DNA of 49,175 nucleotides from Escherichia phage P818, in sequence record ON062054.1. One strand, given 5' to 3'. Of the stretch, positions 1-10,396 are shown piece by piece (the stretch's first letter is position 1; every line of letters begins with the position of its first letter). The translations under genes were made by a program, and so were the position numbers. The notes under the pieces are model-generated. The model was not told the origin of the DNA, did no database searches, and worked only from the letters and a program-made list of their open reading frames with translations.

Positions 1-30
1 CAAAAACCCCGCTTCGGCGGGGTTATTTTT
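1..30 (-). terminator. Intrinsic terminator downstream of ssb
   Basis: GC hairpin CCCCGC-TTCG-GCGGGG flanked by A/T runs on both sides, immediately 3' of the minus-strand SSB ORF. Confidence 0.6.
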
Positions 31-34
31 ATCA

Positions 35-487
35 TCAAAAGGGAATATCGTCGTCGAATTGGCTTTTCTGCTGCGGTTGCTGACGTTGAGGTTGTTGCTG
101 TTGTTGTTGAGAATGCTGTCGCTGCTCGCCTTGACTATGCTGCTGCGCTGGCTCGCGCTGGCTGAATTGCAACTGAGGACGGATCATTTCAGCGGTGACG
201 TAAACGGTCCCATCATTACCCTGTCGTGAAGATAAGTGAAGTGTATCGGCAGAAATCGAGACAACCTTACCTTCCTGGAACGCTTCATCATACCACTGCA
301 TGACGTTTTCTTTTGCGAAGAACGTAGCGCGGTAGTTGCTGTAAACCGTTTCATCCTCTCCCTGCTGATTGCGAATCTTCATACGCTCTGACAGTTCGAC
401 GGCGTACATTTTCCAGCGACCATTATTGTTACTGCCTTCTTTGGTGAATGGTGCTTTGCGGATCTGTCCAGTGATTACGTGTGGCAT
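35..487 (-). CDS. ssb: Single-stranded DNA-binding protein
   Basis: 150 aa; OB-fold-like N-terminus, Q/P-rich linker, acidic C-terminal tail ending FDDDIPF (canonical SSB-Ct); RBS AAAGGAAAA upstream. Confidence 0.85.
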   Translation of the reverse strand: MPHVITGQIRKAPFTKEGSNNNGRWKMYAVELSERMKIRNQQGEDETVYSNYRATFFAKENVMQWYDEAFQEGKVVSISADTLHLSSRQGNDGTVYVTAEMIRPQLQFSQREPAQQHSQGEQRQHSQQQQQQPQRQQPQQKSQFDDDIPF

Positions 488-525
488 TATATTTTCCTTT
501 TTTGATGGGGCCGAAGCCCCGTTAA

Positions 526-1182
526 TTAGAATTGCTCGATGGATTCAGATTGTACAGGTTCAGAAGGTGCATTTGCAACCTTATCCTCAACCTTTTGATT
601 GTCAGCCTTTTTTGCTGGCTGGAATCCGCGAGCGTTACCAATGCTAAGCTCAGCCTTGCGCTTCTGCAAGTGGTCTTCTGCGATCTTCCATTCCGCCGCG
701 CCAAGTGAACCCTTTGCGCTCTTATAAATCACCTGTAGGTCTTCCAGCTTATCACAGTTGGTGATCAGCTTTTTGTAATCTGCTGCCGTACGCTTTGCGA
801 TCTCTGCGTCGTCATCGCTCTGAGTAATACCAAGTGCCGCGCATAATGCGTAACGGCGACCGTATGAGGTTGTTGAGCCGTAAGCCTGGGCGCTAATCTT
901 CTCGATCGGCATATTGTACTGGAACGCAAGCCACTCGCCAGAACTGTGAAGGATGAGCGTCTCAATATGCATAACCTTTTCGGTTGATGTATCAAGATTC
1001 GACTGAATTACCATTAAGTCATGCTCTTTCAATGCTGGCTCAATGGCCTCTAAGACGTCCGTCAGGTTTGAGTAGTGACTTTTTAGGTGAGTGTTATAGC
1101 CTGATTTTTTTGCGATAGCAAACTGCTTTTTAGCTGCAATTAGCGCTGATGAAACAGTAGAAAACTTCTCTGATGTACGCAT
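526..1182 (-). CDS. Erf-like single-strand annealing protein
   Basis: 218 aa; Erf-family-like core, adjacent to exonuclease and SSB (recombination module synteny). Confidence 0.6.
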   Translation of the reverse strand: MRTSEKFSTVSSALIAAKKQFAIAKKSGYNTHLKSHYSNLTDVLEAIEPALKEHDLMVIQSNLDTSTEKVMHIETLILHSSGEWLAFQYNMPIEKISAQAYGSTTSYGRRYALCAALGITQSDDDAEIAKRTAADYKKLITNCDKLEDLQVIYKSAKGSLGAAEWKIAEDHLQKRKAELSIGNARGFQPAKKADNQKVEDKVANAPSEPVQSESIEQF

Positions 1183-1244
1183 TATATATACCTTTGTTTA
1201 CTTCGTTTGATTTACGGTGATTATAGCAAATCACCGCGTTAGTG

Positions 1245-1261
1245 TTTAGCAAAAAGTGCTA
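1245..1261 (-). promoter_or_regulatory. Dyad motif copy 1 (TAGCA-N5-TGCTA family), upstream of erf/ssb
   Basis: Minus-sense TAGCACTTTTTGCTAAAC overlapping the exonuclease stop; 21 bp then TATAAT (1220-1225) inside a hairpin, then CAAACGAAG box and RBS. Confidence 0.6.
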
Positions 1262-2299
1262 CGCTTCCAGAATGTGCTTGAACTGCTTTTTAATCCAATC
1301 AGGAGTCTCAAGCTCAATCTCTGGTTCGCCGTTGCTGTATGAAGGCCATACGTCATTCGCTTCGCACATTGAGAAAGTATGAATAACGCTCATGTACTGC
1401 GCGCGACCAATCTTAAGCTGATCGCCACTCATCCGGTATGCCATCGGCAAGTAAGGCTCTTTCTTCTCCTGGGCCAGCAAGCGCACAACAACTGGACGCG
1501 TTTCTTCAAAGCACTTGACGAACAGGTCACGCTGCAATGCCATCTTGAGATAATAGCCAAGGTTGAACGCCAGGCGCGGGAACTCTGTCGGGTTAGCGCT
1601 CATTGTCGTTTTGTAATCAGTGATGACGACAATTTCAGGGTGAACCTCAGGATCGTAACCCATGCGGCGTATTGCTTCTGGATCTTTAATGATGTCAACG
1701 TGGTCAAGACGAACCTTGACTTTTACACCGCAAATCACGCCGAATAAAGAATACTCACGGAATGCAGTCTCACTGTTCATGCAAGCATTATGCTCAGGAA
1801 TCATTTCAAGAACCTGACGCATACTTACGCAAGCATCGTAGTCTTCCGCCTTAACCAGTTCCACGCCATCGGCCCATGCCTGACACTGTGCGATCATATC
1901 AATCAGCCACATCACGTTGAGTTCTTCGCCACAATCAACCATCATTTTGATCAGTTCTGGATATTGCTTTCCGCTTGTACCAGTCAGGCCAAATGATTTT
2001 AATTTCGTTGCCAATGCTGCCTGGCTTGTGATTACGTTCTTAATCTCGCTTTCTTTCGGTGCTCGGCGATACTGGCGCTCAAACAGTTCTTTACTCTCAA
2101 AGTTAGTGTGCGACTGCGTACCGAAGACCATCGCTTTAGTCGTCGAGTTCATTTCAAACTTCCACGCCGCAGGGCAAGTACTGTGGATCTTGCTGAGTGA
2201 CGAGCCTGATACATACTCGGCGGTCCACTCATCTTTGCTGTGGTAAAAGTCGTTGCTCATTTCTTCTGACGTGAAGTATTGAAACAGTGGCTTGGTCAT
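1259..2299 (-). CDS. Putative recombination exonuclease
   Basis: 346 aa; first gene of exo-erf-ssb operon; assignment mainly by synteny, weakly by sequence. Confidence 0.5.
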   Translation of the reverse strand: MTKPLFQYFTSEEMSNDFYHSKDEWTAEYVSGSSLSKIHSTCPAAWKFEMNSTTKAMVFGTQSHTNFESKELFERQYRRAPKESEIKNVITSQAALATKLKSFGLTGTSGKQYPELIKMMVDCGEELNVMWLIDMIAQCQAWADGVELVKAEDYDACVSMRQVLEMIPEHNACMNSETAFREYSLFGVICGVKVKVRLDHVDIIKDPEAIRRMGYDPEVHPEIVVITDYKTTMSANPTEFPRLAFNLGYYLKMALQRDLFVKCFEETRPVVVRLLAQEKKEPYLPMAYRMSGDQLKIGRAQYMSVIHTFSMCEANDVWPSYSNGEPEIELETPDWIKKQFKHILEA

Positions 2300-2332
2300 C
2301 TCTTTAATCCTCGTTCGTTGTTGATGTGGGTA

Positions 2333-2360
2333 ACTATACGCGCTTGGTTGCGTTAGTCAA
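2333..2360 (-). promoter_or_regulatory. Canonical sigma70-type promoter for the recombination operon
   Basis: Minus-sense TTGACT-16 bp-TATAGT followed by leader TACCCACATCAACAACGAACGAGG and RBS; no dyad motif here. Confidence 0.55.
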
Positions 2361-2585
2361 GTGGTTACATGTAGATATTTGTAATCACGTGTATGCAATG
2401 GCGTCAGTTACATAAAATGGCTATCCAGACCAGCTATAGCTTGATGTAAACAGCGTGTATATCGTGTATACCATTTTTCACGGAGGGTGCATTGGTATGC
2501 GGGTGATTAAGTACTGTATAAATGTACATATTATAATTTTATAACCGGAACACTCTATAGAAGTAGTTACATGATATACACAGTA

Positions 2586-2690
2586 ATATATATAATAATA
2601 ATAATAAGAGTAAAAGGTTGATATATATAGATATTTTAGTGTAACCATTGCGTAAATCGGCGTAAAAGCGCGTATATCATTTTCAGCGGA
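2586..2690. repeat. Control-region element, copy A
   Basis: (TA)n plus (ATA)n tract followed by GATATTTTAGTGTAACCATTGCGTAA; about 70% identical to 31889-32000. Confidence 0.6.
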
Positions 2691-2716
2691 AGAGATTGTA
2701 TACATCGATTTACATC

Positions 2717-2730
2717 GGTTACGCGTAACC
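2717..2730. promoter_or_regulatory. Perfect 14-bp palindrome GGTTACGCGTAACC
   Basis: Exact inverted repeat in the 2300-2910 noncoding region. Confidence 0.4.
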
Positions 2731-2755
2731 GTGATTTATGGTGGAATTGGCGATA

Positions 2756-2776
2756 AATGGCACGTTTTGCTAAAGA
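2756..2776 (+). promoter_or_regulatory. Dyad motif copy 2 (degenerate: AATGGCAC-N4-TTGCTAAAG)
   Basis: 22 bp downstream is TATATT (2795-2800); upstream of the 2911 gene. Confidence 0.45.
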
Positions 2777-2910
2777 CATCTGACTATCTTTAGGTATATT
2801 TAGGCGCATGGAGGCAATGGTGTCGTCATCTTTCCCTAAATTTCAGGAAAAGGTGGATTTTAATCAATCATTATCCAAATATGGATGATCCAAACTGAAG
2901 AGAGACGAAA

Positions 2911-3573
2911 ATGAATCTAGCATCACTTAATGAAGACGTAAAAATGAACAGTTATGATTTTTTGAATAATGTTGTCAACCCAGCCAGAGATGGGGCGGGA
3001 GAGTCAAAGCTGCGTCACAACTGGTTTCTTGAAAAAATTGAGGATGAGATTGGTGCTGAAAATTTGTGCTACCGAAAATCGGTAGCGCAAAATACGAGCA
3101 ACCCAATGGCAAGGAGTCAGAAAATTGATATTGTGGATTTAAACATGGAGCAAATGCTTCTTGTTGGAATGCGTGAGTCAAAGGTGGTTCGACTCGCGGT
3201 TCTTGATAAGCTTAAGCAGATGCAGGCCACCATCAACAAGCAAGCGGAAGTAATCAGCCAGATGGTTAGCATTGATGAGCTAAAAGAAGCACGCATGATG
3301 CTTGGTGTGGCTAATGCGCAGAACGCTCACCTTAGCCAGCGAATCATTGCTGAGCAGCGCATTAACGAAATCCTCCTTATGGATAAGAGCATCGATGAGA
3401 GGCTTGACCTTCTCGCTTGCGAGGCTCGTCAGTCCTGGGCATCACGTTCCGATGAAATGGAAGATAGGTTTAAGTATGAAGCGCAATGCTTTGCTCTTAA
3501 AGAAAAGACGGAAGCACTGACCGGATTGATCGAGAATAAACTTGGTATCGACATTAAGCCGTTACTGGAAAAG

Positions 3574-3579
<6 letters not shown>
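2911..3579 (+). CDS. Hypothetical protein (possible regulatory or DNA-binding)
   Basis: 222 aa ORF with RBS; coiled-coil-rich C-terminal half; no confident family assignment. Confidence 0.5.
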
Positions 3580-3891
<312 letters not shown>

Positions 3892-4826
3892 TGGCTCAAG
3901 GTATTTATATAGACCTCAATGACGGAAGAAAGCCAATGACAATAACCGCAGGGATGCGTGCTTTAAACTTTGCTGGTAACTTCAATGTCTCCAGTGGTGG
4001 ATTTAGAAAAAATTTTTCAATTCAGGGTAATGAAGGAGCGTCAAGGTTCCTTATCCCTAACAATGGCGCATACTCATTCGAACTTGATAGGGGAGTTGAG
4101 GTTTACTACATAAATGGATTCTCATCAACAGCATCAAGCGGAACAATATCGATTGGCTATGAGAATGGATATTCTGACCGTATAACTCAATTTTCTGGTA
4201 CTGTTGTTGAGGTACTAAGAGCATCGACGGGACAGGGTATTTATGTTGCTGATAGCACTGATTTTACTTCGATAACAACCACTGACAGGTTGCTGGTGTG
4301 CAAGTTTGCCCAGAGGATATCTTTCACCAATACATACACCCTTCCAATTTATGGGATACCATTTGGAAAGTGGAATAACTCAGGTGTATCAGTTGAATAC
4401 AATGGTAGTAACCAGCTGATATGTACAAACATAAATACTGAAGATACTGGTGATACACCAGGAAGTGTCACTATGGATTTGATTATCTTCCAGATGGTCG
4501 CTCCAACCCCTGGTCCTGGACTGAACATATTTAACTCAAATGGTGTTTGCACATTATCAACCGTTACGAGGCCATTGGTTGTTTCTGGATTCATAAACCT
4601 GTCAGGAAACAATCAATACATTGGAGAATCCTACTTCCCGATACTAAGATGTGGATTTAACACCAGGGCCATTCCTGCATACAAGGAGTTAAGGAACAAG
4701 GGAATTGTGATGAGCAATGGTTATGTTCGCTCAGGAACTGGTTCAAGGATTGTCAGATACGAGATAGGAAACAGACCTGACGTAACAATATCAACACCAC
4801 TTCCTTACCTTCCAGATATGTATTAA
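3892..4826 (+). CDS. Hypothetical beta-rich protein co-transcribed with cor
   Basis: 311 aa; ATG right after the cor stop (TAATG) with GGAG RBS; Gly/Ser/Thr/Asn-rich. Confidence 0.6.
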
Positions 4827-4830
4827 AGAT

Positions 4831-4856
4831 AAAGCCCCTTTCGGGGCTTTTGTTTT
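4831..4856. terminator. Bidirectional intrinsic terminator between convergent genes
   Basis: AAAGCCCCTTTCGGGGCTTT hairpin with T-runs on both strands. Confidence 0.7.
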
Positions 4857-7800
4857 AGAAAGTACCTACCACAACTCTTCCTCCTCCAGGCAAGTTAACC
4901 GTTATTCCGTTTCCGTTAATCTGTACCGTATTGTTTGTTCCGTTGAATGCGAATTCACCACTGTTGGCGTACAGTTTACCGCGAATCTCAGCGTTACCAG
5001 ACTTATCAATCCTCCAGCCTGTGCTTCCTGCTACGTAGTTGCTGGACTGAATAAAGTTACCAATCTTCGCGTTAGTAATTGAGCCATCGCCAATTACAGC
5101 GCTTTGGATGATTACGTTTCCGTTCTCTACAACGAAGGGGAGTTGCCATTGACCGGAACCAGAACCAATTCCGTTACTGATTGCGAATCTGTTTGCGTCA
5201 AAAATGAACTGACTGCGAACGTTTCCATCAGTGCCAACTAGCTCCATGCTCATCCCTGCGCTATACTCAACCCCATTATATTTTAGACCTAACTTAACGC
5301 CGTACTGAGCGCCAGCGGATTCTGCATCCACCCAGGAATCAAGTTTTTCATTCAGTGCTGCCTGAGTATCTCCAAGCTGAGCACTCAGAGCTGTATCCGC
5401 CGTGGTCCTTGCTTCCGTTTCGGTGGCTAGTGCCGTCTGAACTTCAGTTATGGAGGCTACGACCTCATCATCAATCTGCGCTTTAAGCTGAGTGAGAGCC
5501 TCTACGCGAGCCTGAGTTTCATCGGCAATAAGATTCACTGCCTGAACGTATTCAGCCTTTCTCTTGCCGTTCTCCTTGGTCATTCGTCGAACGTCAGTAT
5601 CGTTTGCAAGTGCGTTTTCAAGAATTGACTCCGCCTGCGCCTGAATAGCTCCGTTTGACTCAATGGCGTTCTGCTGTAGGTACTTAAACCCCTCGGAATT
5701 CTCGATATCAACCTTTATCTCTCCAATGATTGACTCAACGTCATCGCTTGCCATTCCGCGAACAATGTCAGACCAGTCAGAGGCGTTACCAATCCTGTCT
5801 ACCAATCTTGCCCTGTACCAGTTCACATATCCTGCCGGTAGTGTCGAGTGCCAGTACTCGTACTGAGGGTATGGAATCATTGTTAACAGGCTTGCGTTCT
5901 CCTCGCCTGTGTGACCTCCGGCGCCATTATCTGGTATCTGCTGCAACTCAGTGTAGGCAGTGTCGCCAGAACCTTCAGGGAAACCCCATTTAACCCGTAT
6001 CCCAAACACCTGGTCGTCAGATGCAGTTATGACTGTTGGTTTATCTGGCTTCCCAATCTTACCCGTCAATCCGACGCTGACAACTTCAGACCATGGAGAC
6101 GTGTTTCCACCGCTTGAGATACTCCTTACGCGTACGTGATAATTACCCGCATAAATACCTTCCACTTCAACCTCTGAGCTTGCTGTGCGCGGCACGTTCA
6201 TCCAGTTGCCGTTATCCTTTCGCCACTGCACGTCGTACTTGCTCGCGTACTGAACCTTGTCCCACCCTATCACCATTGTCTCAACGCTCATCCCCTGCAC
6301 AATTCGAGAGTATGATGAAACGATAATGTTTTTTGGTGGCTGCATGTTGTCAGGATCAACAATGCTTGTTGGTCGGTCATCAATATTTACGCCGTAGTCG
6401 ATCTCATCGTATTTGTTTGGATCGTATTCAACCGCCGTGATGCTGTACGTGAACTCATCGTCTCCGTCGCCCTTCGTGATTCCGGTTACAACGTATTGCT
6501 GCAAGGCCACATCAGTGCGGTCGATTGCGAACACTGTGTTGGGTTGAACATCAAAACCGAATCCAACGTTAAGCTCAATGGTTTTCCCGTCCGCAGAAAC
6601 TTTTGAAATCGTCCGGCGCACCGGATTTCCGTCAGCCTTGTTCACGATAATGAAATCACCAGCGCGCGCATCGACCTTAAAGTGTGTGAACACTTGCAGG
6701 CCAGAAACTTCCATCACACGACCTGATAACGAAAGCGTCAGGTTACTTGACCAGAAGTTATCAGCGATTGCTACCACGTCGCCAATCATCGGAATCATAC
6801 CCTCAAGGCCAGTAGCAAAACTCACCGTCGTGCTGCGAAGGTTTGTTTTGAGAACCCAACGGCCCCGTCGATTCGCTTCACTGCGTCGAGTACACCCGAT
6901 CGCCGTGATGCTTGTCGGATTATGACCGAAGCGTAATGAGGCGTTAAGGTCGAATACCCCCTCAATGTCCTGGCTGTACATGTTCTGCTCGTCGTCGAAC
7001 GTGACGTTGCAGGTTGTGTACATGCTTTTTTCACTTGCGAACGTATAGGCAAATGAGCCATCAACGACGTTGTCGTTAGTGAAAATATATGAAGCCTCTC
7101 TCGGTCGGTCGATGACAATTGAGAGGCTCTCACCGTTCCAGAAGCTCATCCCTCGGAAGATTGAGCAAATATCTCGAACCAGATTGTAAGCCTCAACCTG
7201 AGATTGGATTACCACATCGCAAAGGTAGCGAGGCTCCAACCCTCCGTGACCGTCAGGAACCTTCTGATCGCAGTATTGACCAGCATCATATAGCGACCAC
7301 TTATCAACGGCGATCCCCAACTCTCTTTGGTCGAGTCCGTAGCGCTGATTGGTGATCAAATCATAAAGCACCCACGCCGGATTATTTGACCATGCTTTTT
7401 TAAAACTCCCATCCCATGTGCCGCTATATTCACGTAGCTCTGGGTTGTAGTTGCTCGGAACGTTAATGAGCTTCCATTTCTTTTTCGTGCTAATGCTTGG
7501 GATTTGCGTGAATAGATCGCTGTTAAACTCGACGTAAACAAGACCAGTCAGAGGGTAACGGAATTTAGCATCAACCACTTCGGCATAAGACTGAATGTTT
7601 ATCGTGTCAACGACGCGCGAATCAGTTGAATCAGCCGTAACGCGTCGCACACGCAATAGAACCTGACTATTGAACTTTGGGAGGTCGATTCGTTTTGTTT
7701 TGTCATATCCGCTAATTGTCTTACCGTCGATTACGTCTGATAAAACTTCCTGGTAGTTCCCGCCATCAACCGCCATATCTACGGCCCACTTCACAACCAC

Positions 7801-8220
7801 GCCGACCATATCGCCGTTTTCTTTCGTGGTAACGCCGCGAGGCATCAGGATTTTTACGCGGACTGCTGATAGCTGCTTATTCGTTACCGAGATCACGTAA
7901 GGCGTCGTTGTTTTCAATTCACGACCTACAGTGAACTCAGCCGCCGTGTCGTTGAATCCTTTGATGTAATCCTGAGTCTGCGTTCCAGGGCGAAACTCAG
8001 CCGTTACGCCTTCATAGTTAACCTCGCCGGATGGTGCAATTACAGGAACATCATTAAGATATAAGTCCTTTAATGAGAAATTAGCATCAACCTCGCCATC
8101 ACTAACGGCGAGCAAAACCTTAATCTTGTTGATTGAGATCAGGTTATCTTCCATCTCCTGTGGGGTATGCGGCTTGCTGCTGCCACCCTTTCGGCCCGTC
8201 ACTACATTATTTTTAATCAT
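4855..8220 (-). CDS. Central tail fiber / host specificity protein (lambda J-like)
   Basis: 1121 aa, last gene of the tail operon after I/K/L/M homologs. Confidence 0.8.
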   Translation of the reverse strand: MIKNNVVTGRKGGSSKPHTPQEMEDNLISINKIKVLLAVSDGEVDANFSLKDLYLNDVPVIAPSGEVNYEGVTAEFRPGTQTQDYIKGFNDTAAEFTVGRELKTTTPYVISVTNKQLSAVRVKILMPRGVTTKENGDMVGVVVKWAVDMAVDGGNYQEVLSDVIDGKTISGYDKTKRIDLPKFNSQVLLRVRRVTADSTDSRVVDTINIQSYAEVVDAKFRYPLTGLVYVEFNSDLFTQIPSISTKKKWKLINVPSNYNPELREYSGTWDGSFKKAWSNNPAWVLYDLITNQRYGLDQRELGIAVDKWSLYDAGQYCDQKVPDGHGGLEPRYLCDVVIQSQVEAYNLVRDICSIFRGMSFWNGESLSIVIDRPREASYIFTNDNVVDGSFAYTFASEKSMYTTCNVTFDDEQNMYSQDIEGVFDLNASLRFGHNPTSITAIGCTRRSEANRRGRWVLKTNLRSTTVSFATGLEGMIPMIGDVVAIADNFWSSNLTLSLSGRVMEVSGLQVFTHFKVDARAGDFIIVNKADGNPVRRTISKVSADGKTIELNVGFGFDVQPNTVFAIDRTDVALQQYVVTGITKGDGDDEFTYSITAVEYDPNKYDEIDYGVNIDDRPTSIVDPDNMQPPKNIIVSSYSRIVQGMSVETMVIGWDKVQYASKYDVQWRKDNGNWMNVPRTASSEVEVEGIYAGNYHVRVRSISSGGNTSPWSEVVSVGLTGKIGKPDKPTVITASDDQVFGIRVKWGFPEGSGDTAYTELQQIPDNGAGGHTGEENASLLTMIPYPQYEYWHSTLPAGYVNWYRARLVDRIGNASDWSDIVRGMASDDVESIIGEIKVDIENSEGFKYLQQNAIESNGAIQAQAESILENALANDTDVRRMTKENGKRKAEYVQAVNLIADETQARVEALTQLKAQIDDEVVASITEVQTALATETEARTTADTALSAQLGDTQAALNEKLDSWVDAESAGAQYGVKLGLKYNGVEYSAGMSMELVGTDGNVRSQFIFDANRFAISNGIGSGSGQWQLPFVVENGNVIIQSAVIGDGSITNAKIGNFIQSSNYVAGSTGWRIDKSGNAEIRGKLYANSGEFAFNGTNNTVQINGNGITVNLPGGGRVVVGTF

Positions 8221-8256
8221 GATGTTTAGCCTTTCGTGCGATTTATCGAAGTTTCA

Positions 8257-8264
8257 TTATACAG
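8257..8264 (-). promoter_or_regulatory. Extended -10 element (TGTATAAT) upstream of J
   Basis: Minus-sense TGTATAAT just downstream of an internal terminator hairpin. Confidence 0.35.
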
Positions 8265-8265
8265 G

Positions 8266-8292
8266 CACAAAAAAACCCGCGCAAGGCGGGTT
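8266..8292 (-). terminator. Intrinsic terminator/attenuator between I and J
   Basis: Minus-sense ACCCGCCTTGCGCGGGT hairpin followed by TTTTTTT. Confidence 0.55.
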
Positions 8293-8296
8293 TAAC

Positions 8297-8890
8297 TTAG
8301 GCCATATCTTCCGCAACGCTGTAGGCTGAGAACGTTGCTCCGCCAACTGTTCGATACCCGTATGGCACAGGGATCGGGTTTCCTGCTGCGGTAGTGTTTA
8401 CTGCGCCGCCGAATGCGTATGATGGTTTGTTCTTGCTGCTTTGAACCTCCATCTTTGAGCCGCCTTGCTGCGGTGAAATCATCTGCATTACGCCGCCGAG
8501 AACCATCGCGCCGCCCATCATGAATGCTGATGTTGCGAATGTACCCATTAGCGCCAGCGATGCGCCGCCAGTGTAGAATGCCGCCACCATCATTACCGCG
8601 CCTACAACAATCTGGAACATCCCGCCGTTTTTTGAGCCTGTAGGGATCGGGATAATGCGAACCTCTTTAGCACAAACGAATGCGGCCTCGTCATGCTGAC
8701 CTACATTCTTTCCGTCAACGAATACTGCGAAGTGCATACGTGAGCCGATCTCACTCTGCATGAACTCCTTAAACCCTTCCACCTGGGATGATAACGCCCG
8801 AATTGCTTCGGGGTATGAGTCAACGTCGAACTTATGGAAAACACCGAATCGACGGCCCAACGAGCCGGATAGCTTGATCGTTTTTAACAT
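8297..8890 (-). CDS. Tail assembly protein (lambda I-like)
   Basis: 197 aa, Gly/Ala-rich hydrophobic C-terminus; 7-nt overlap with upstream K-like gene. Confidence 0.55.
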   Translation of the reverse strand: MLKTIKLSGSLGRRFGVFHKFDVDSYPEAIRALSSQVEGFKEFMQSEIGSRMHFAVFVDGKNVGQHDEAAFVCAKEVRIIPIPTGSKNGGMFQIVVGAVMMVAAFYTGGASLALMGTFATSAFMMGGAMVLGGVMQMISPQQGGSKMEVQSSKNKPSYAFGGAVNTTAAGNPIPVPYGYRTVGGATFSAYSVAEDMA

Positions 8891-9609
8891 TTCTCTAACT
8901 CCTTATGCCTACATACCATCACCGTGTGTTCCTGGAACCAGCCTGAGTAAATGTCTGTCTTTGACAGCTTGCCGAATGCATGGTGAAGGAGTTGATTGTT
9001 TCCAAGGTAAATGCCTGCATGATTCCACACCTCGGCCTGTAGTTTCATGATTACCATGTCGCCAGGTTCAGGATCTTTCCCTGTTTCAACGAATCCCTCT
9101 TTGATGTAGTTGTCCTGGTATAGATTCTCTCCATACTCAGGCTTCCACCATTCGTAAGGCTTTCGGAAGTCATTCAGGATTACGCCTTGCTCTTTGTGCC
9201 ACGCCATCACTAAGCCCCAGCAATCGAATGAGCCAAGCGACCAGGGGCGACCAATCAGAGGCATGACTTCTGGATGAACGATTCTCATGTCACCTTCTGG
9301 CAGACTTACAATCACCCATGGCAATTCCATCTCATTCAATACGCACAGGTCGTGAGCGCTTGGTAAAGTGGTCGCCCCGTCGCCAGTGTGACTATGGACG
9401 ATGGCGATCGTGGTTAGGTCGTCGTCATCCTCAATGCAGGAGTATTGAACAGGGTCAAGTTGGAATCCTTTTTCCGGCTCAGAGTGAACATTGTCAACGG
9501 GCCAGTATTTCTGAACCCGCCCCTTTTGAGTCACCACCCCGCAACATTCATTGGGGTATACTGATTTCGCATGTTCGAAGATTGCCATCTTAATTTTGCC
9601 ATTAATCAT
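8884..9609 (-). CDS. Tail assembly protein (lambda K-like): JAMM/MPN plus NlpC/P60 domains
   Basis: 241 aa; JAMM motif HSHTGDGATTLPSAHD; Cys and His consistent with NlpC/P60; ATGA overlap with L. Confidence 0.75.
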   Translation of the reverse strand: MINGKIKMAIFEHAKSVYPNECCGVVTQKGRVQKYWPVDNVHSEPEKGFQLDPVQYSCIEDDDDLTTIAIVHSHTGDGATTLPSAHDLCVLNEMELPWVIVSLPEGDMRIVHPEVMPLIGRPWSLGSFDCWGLVMAWHKEQGVILNDFRKPYEWWKPEYGENLYQDNYIKEGFVETGKDPEPGDMVIMKLQAEVWNHAGIYLGNNQLLHHAFGKLSKTDIYSGWFQEHTVMVCRHKELEKC

Positions 9610-10352
9610 TGGTTTTTCCTGTCAAGTGATGCGATCGCACAGCCGCCGAAATCTAATTCATTTTTGTCGCCGAATCGTAATTTGCAGGCAGTTACAGTTC
9701 CTGCGCATACGTCCTGTGACGGATCAGTTACTGGATTGTTGTCTTTGTCAAACATCCGGCTTCCATTGTAACCGCAACCGCGTCCGCTTCGATACCATCC
9801 ACGCTGTGCCCAAAAACAAACACTCTGAGTAACTCGCGGTGGAATCATGATTCCGTCCATGTCGTATGGTGAAGTCAGATCAAATCGCGCAACGTTCTGA
9901 TCCACAAAGTTCGGCCTCTCAACGTAGTAAACGTATTTTCTGAAGTCACCGGGGGAAACATCGCCGTTGCTGCCGAGCATTTCTCGTGATGTTATCCAGA
10001 TAGTCACCTTAGCCTGCATCATGCCATTGTAGGATCGGATAAGGGCCGATACTCTGCTGTCAAGGTTGGATAAGGTTAACTGTGGTTTTCCTGCCTTTCC
10101 GTTACCGTTTAGGTCAATGCCTGATATGCCGAAAGGACGAGCGCCATATTCATTTCCCTGAAAGGTGATTGTTTTTGGCTGAAGGCTACCGCCTGGCTGT
10201 GTGGCTGCGAGAATCTCCTCCGGCGTAAACTGGATGTTTTCGTTGTGCATCCTATATACTTGCGCTCCAAACTTTGTGCCATCTATGTCAATCAGCGTTA
10301 TAATCTCGCCAGGAAAAAGCCCCTGCAAGACGTTCTCAAACTTAGGTGTCAT
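9606..10352 (-). CDS. Minor tail protein (lambda L-like)
   Basis: 248 aa; C-terminal Cys cluster consistent with gpL Fe-S site; synteny. Confidence 0.65.
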   Translation of the reverse strand: MTPKFENVLQGLFPGEIITLIDIDGTKFGAQVYRMHNENIQFTPEEILAATQPGGSLQPKTITFQGNEYGARPFGISGIDLNGNGKAGKPQLTLSNLDSRVSALIRSYNGMMQAKVTIWITSREMLGSNGDVSPGDFRKYVYYVERPNFVDQNVARFDLTSPYDMDGIMIPPRVTQSVCFWAQRGWYRSGRGCGYNGSRMFDKDNNPVTDPSQDVCAGTVTACKLRFGDKNELDFGGCAIASLDRKNQ

Positions 10353-10396
10353 GGGATTACCTCCAATAAAAAAGCCCCCCGTTAGGAGGCTTTATT

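Noticed and set aside
60-180. CAG/CAA-rich repetitive DNA (GTTGCTG/GTTGTTG on the plus strand)
   Set aside because: Encodes the Gln/Pro-rich flexible linker of SSB; a low-complexity coding region, not a repeat element.
2478-2705. 75-aa Tyr/Ile-rich ORF (YYSYYYYYIYY) on the minus strand
   Set aside because: It is the translation of the (TA)n/(ATA)n noncoding tract in control region A; no RBS, implausible composition.
5663-7541. Several 60-115 aa opposite-strand ORFs inside the 1121-aa central tail fiber gene, and similar antisense ORFs inside the tape measure, terminase, helicase and other long genes
   Set aside because: Fully nested antisense to long, well-supported genes; no RBS or coupling signals; typical spurious ORFs.
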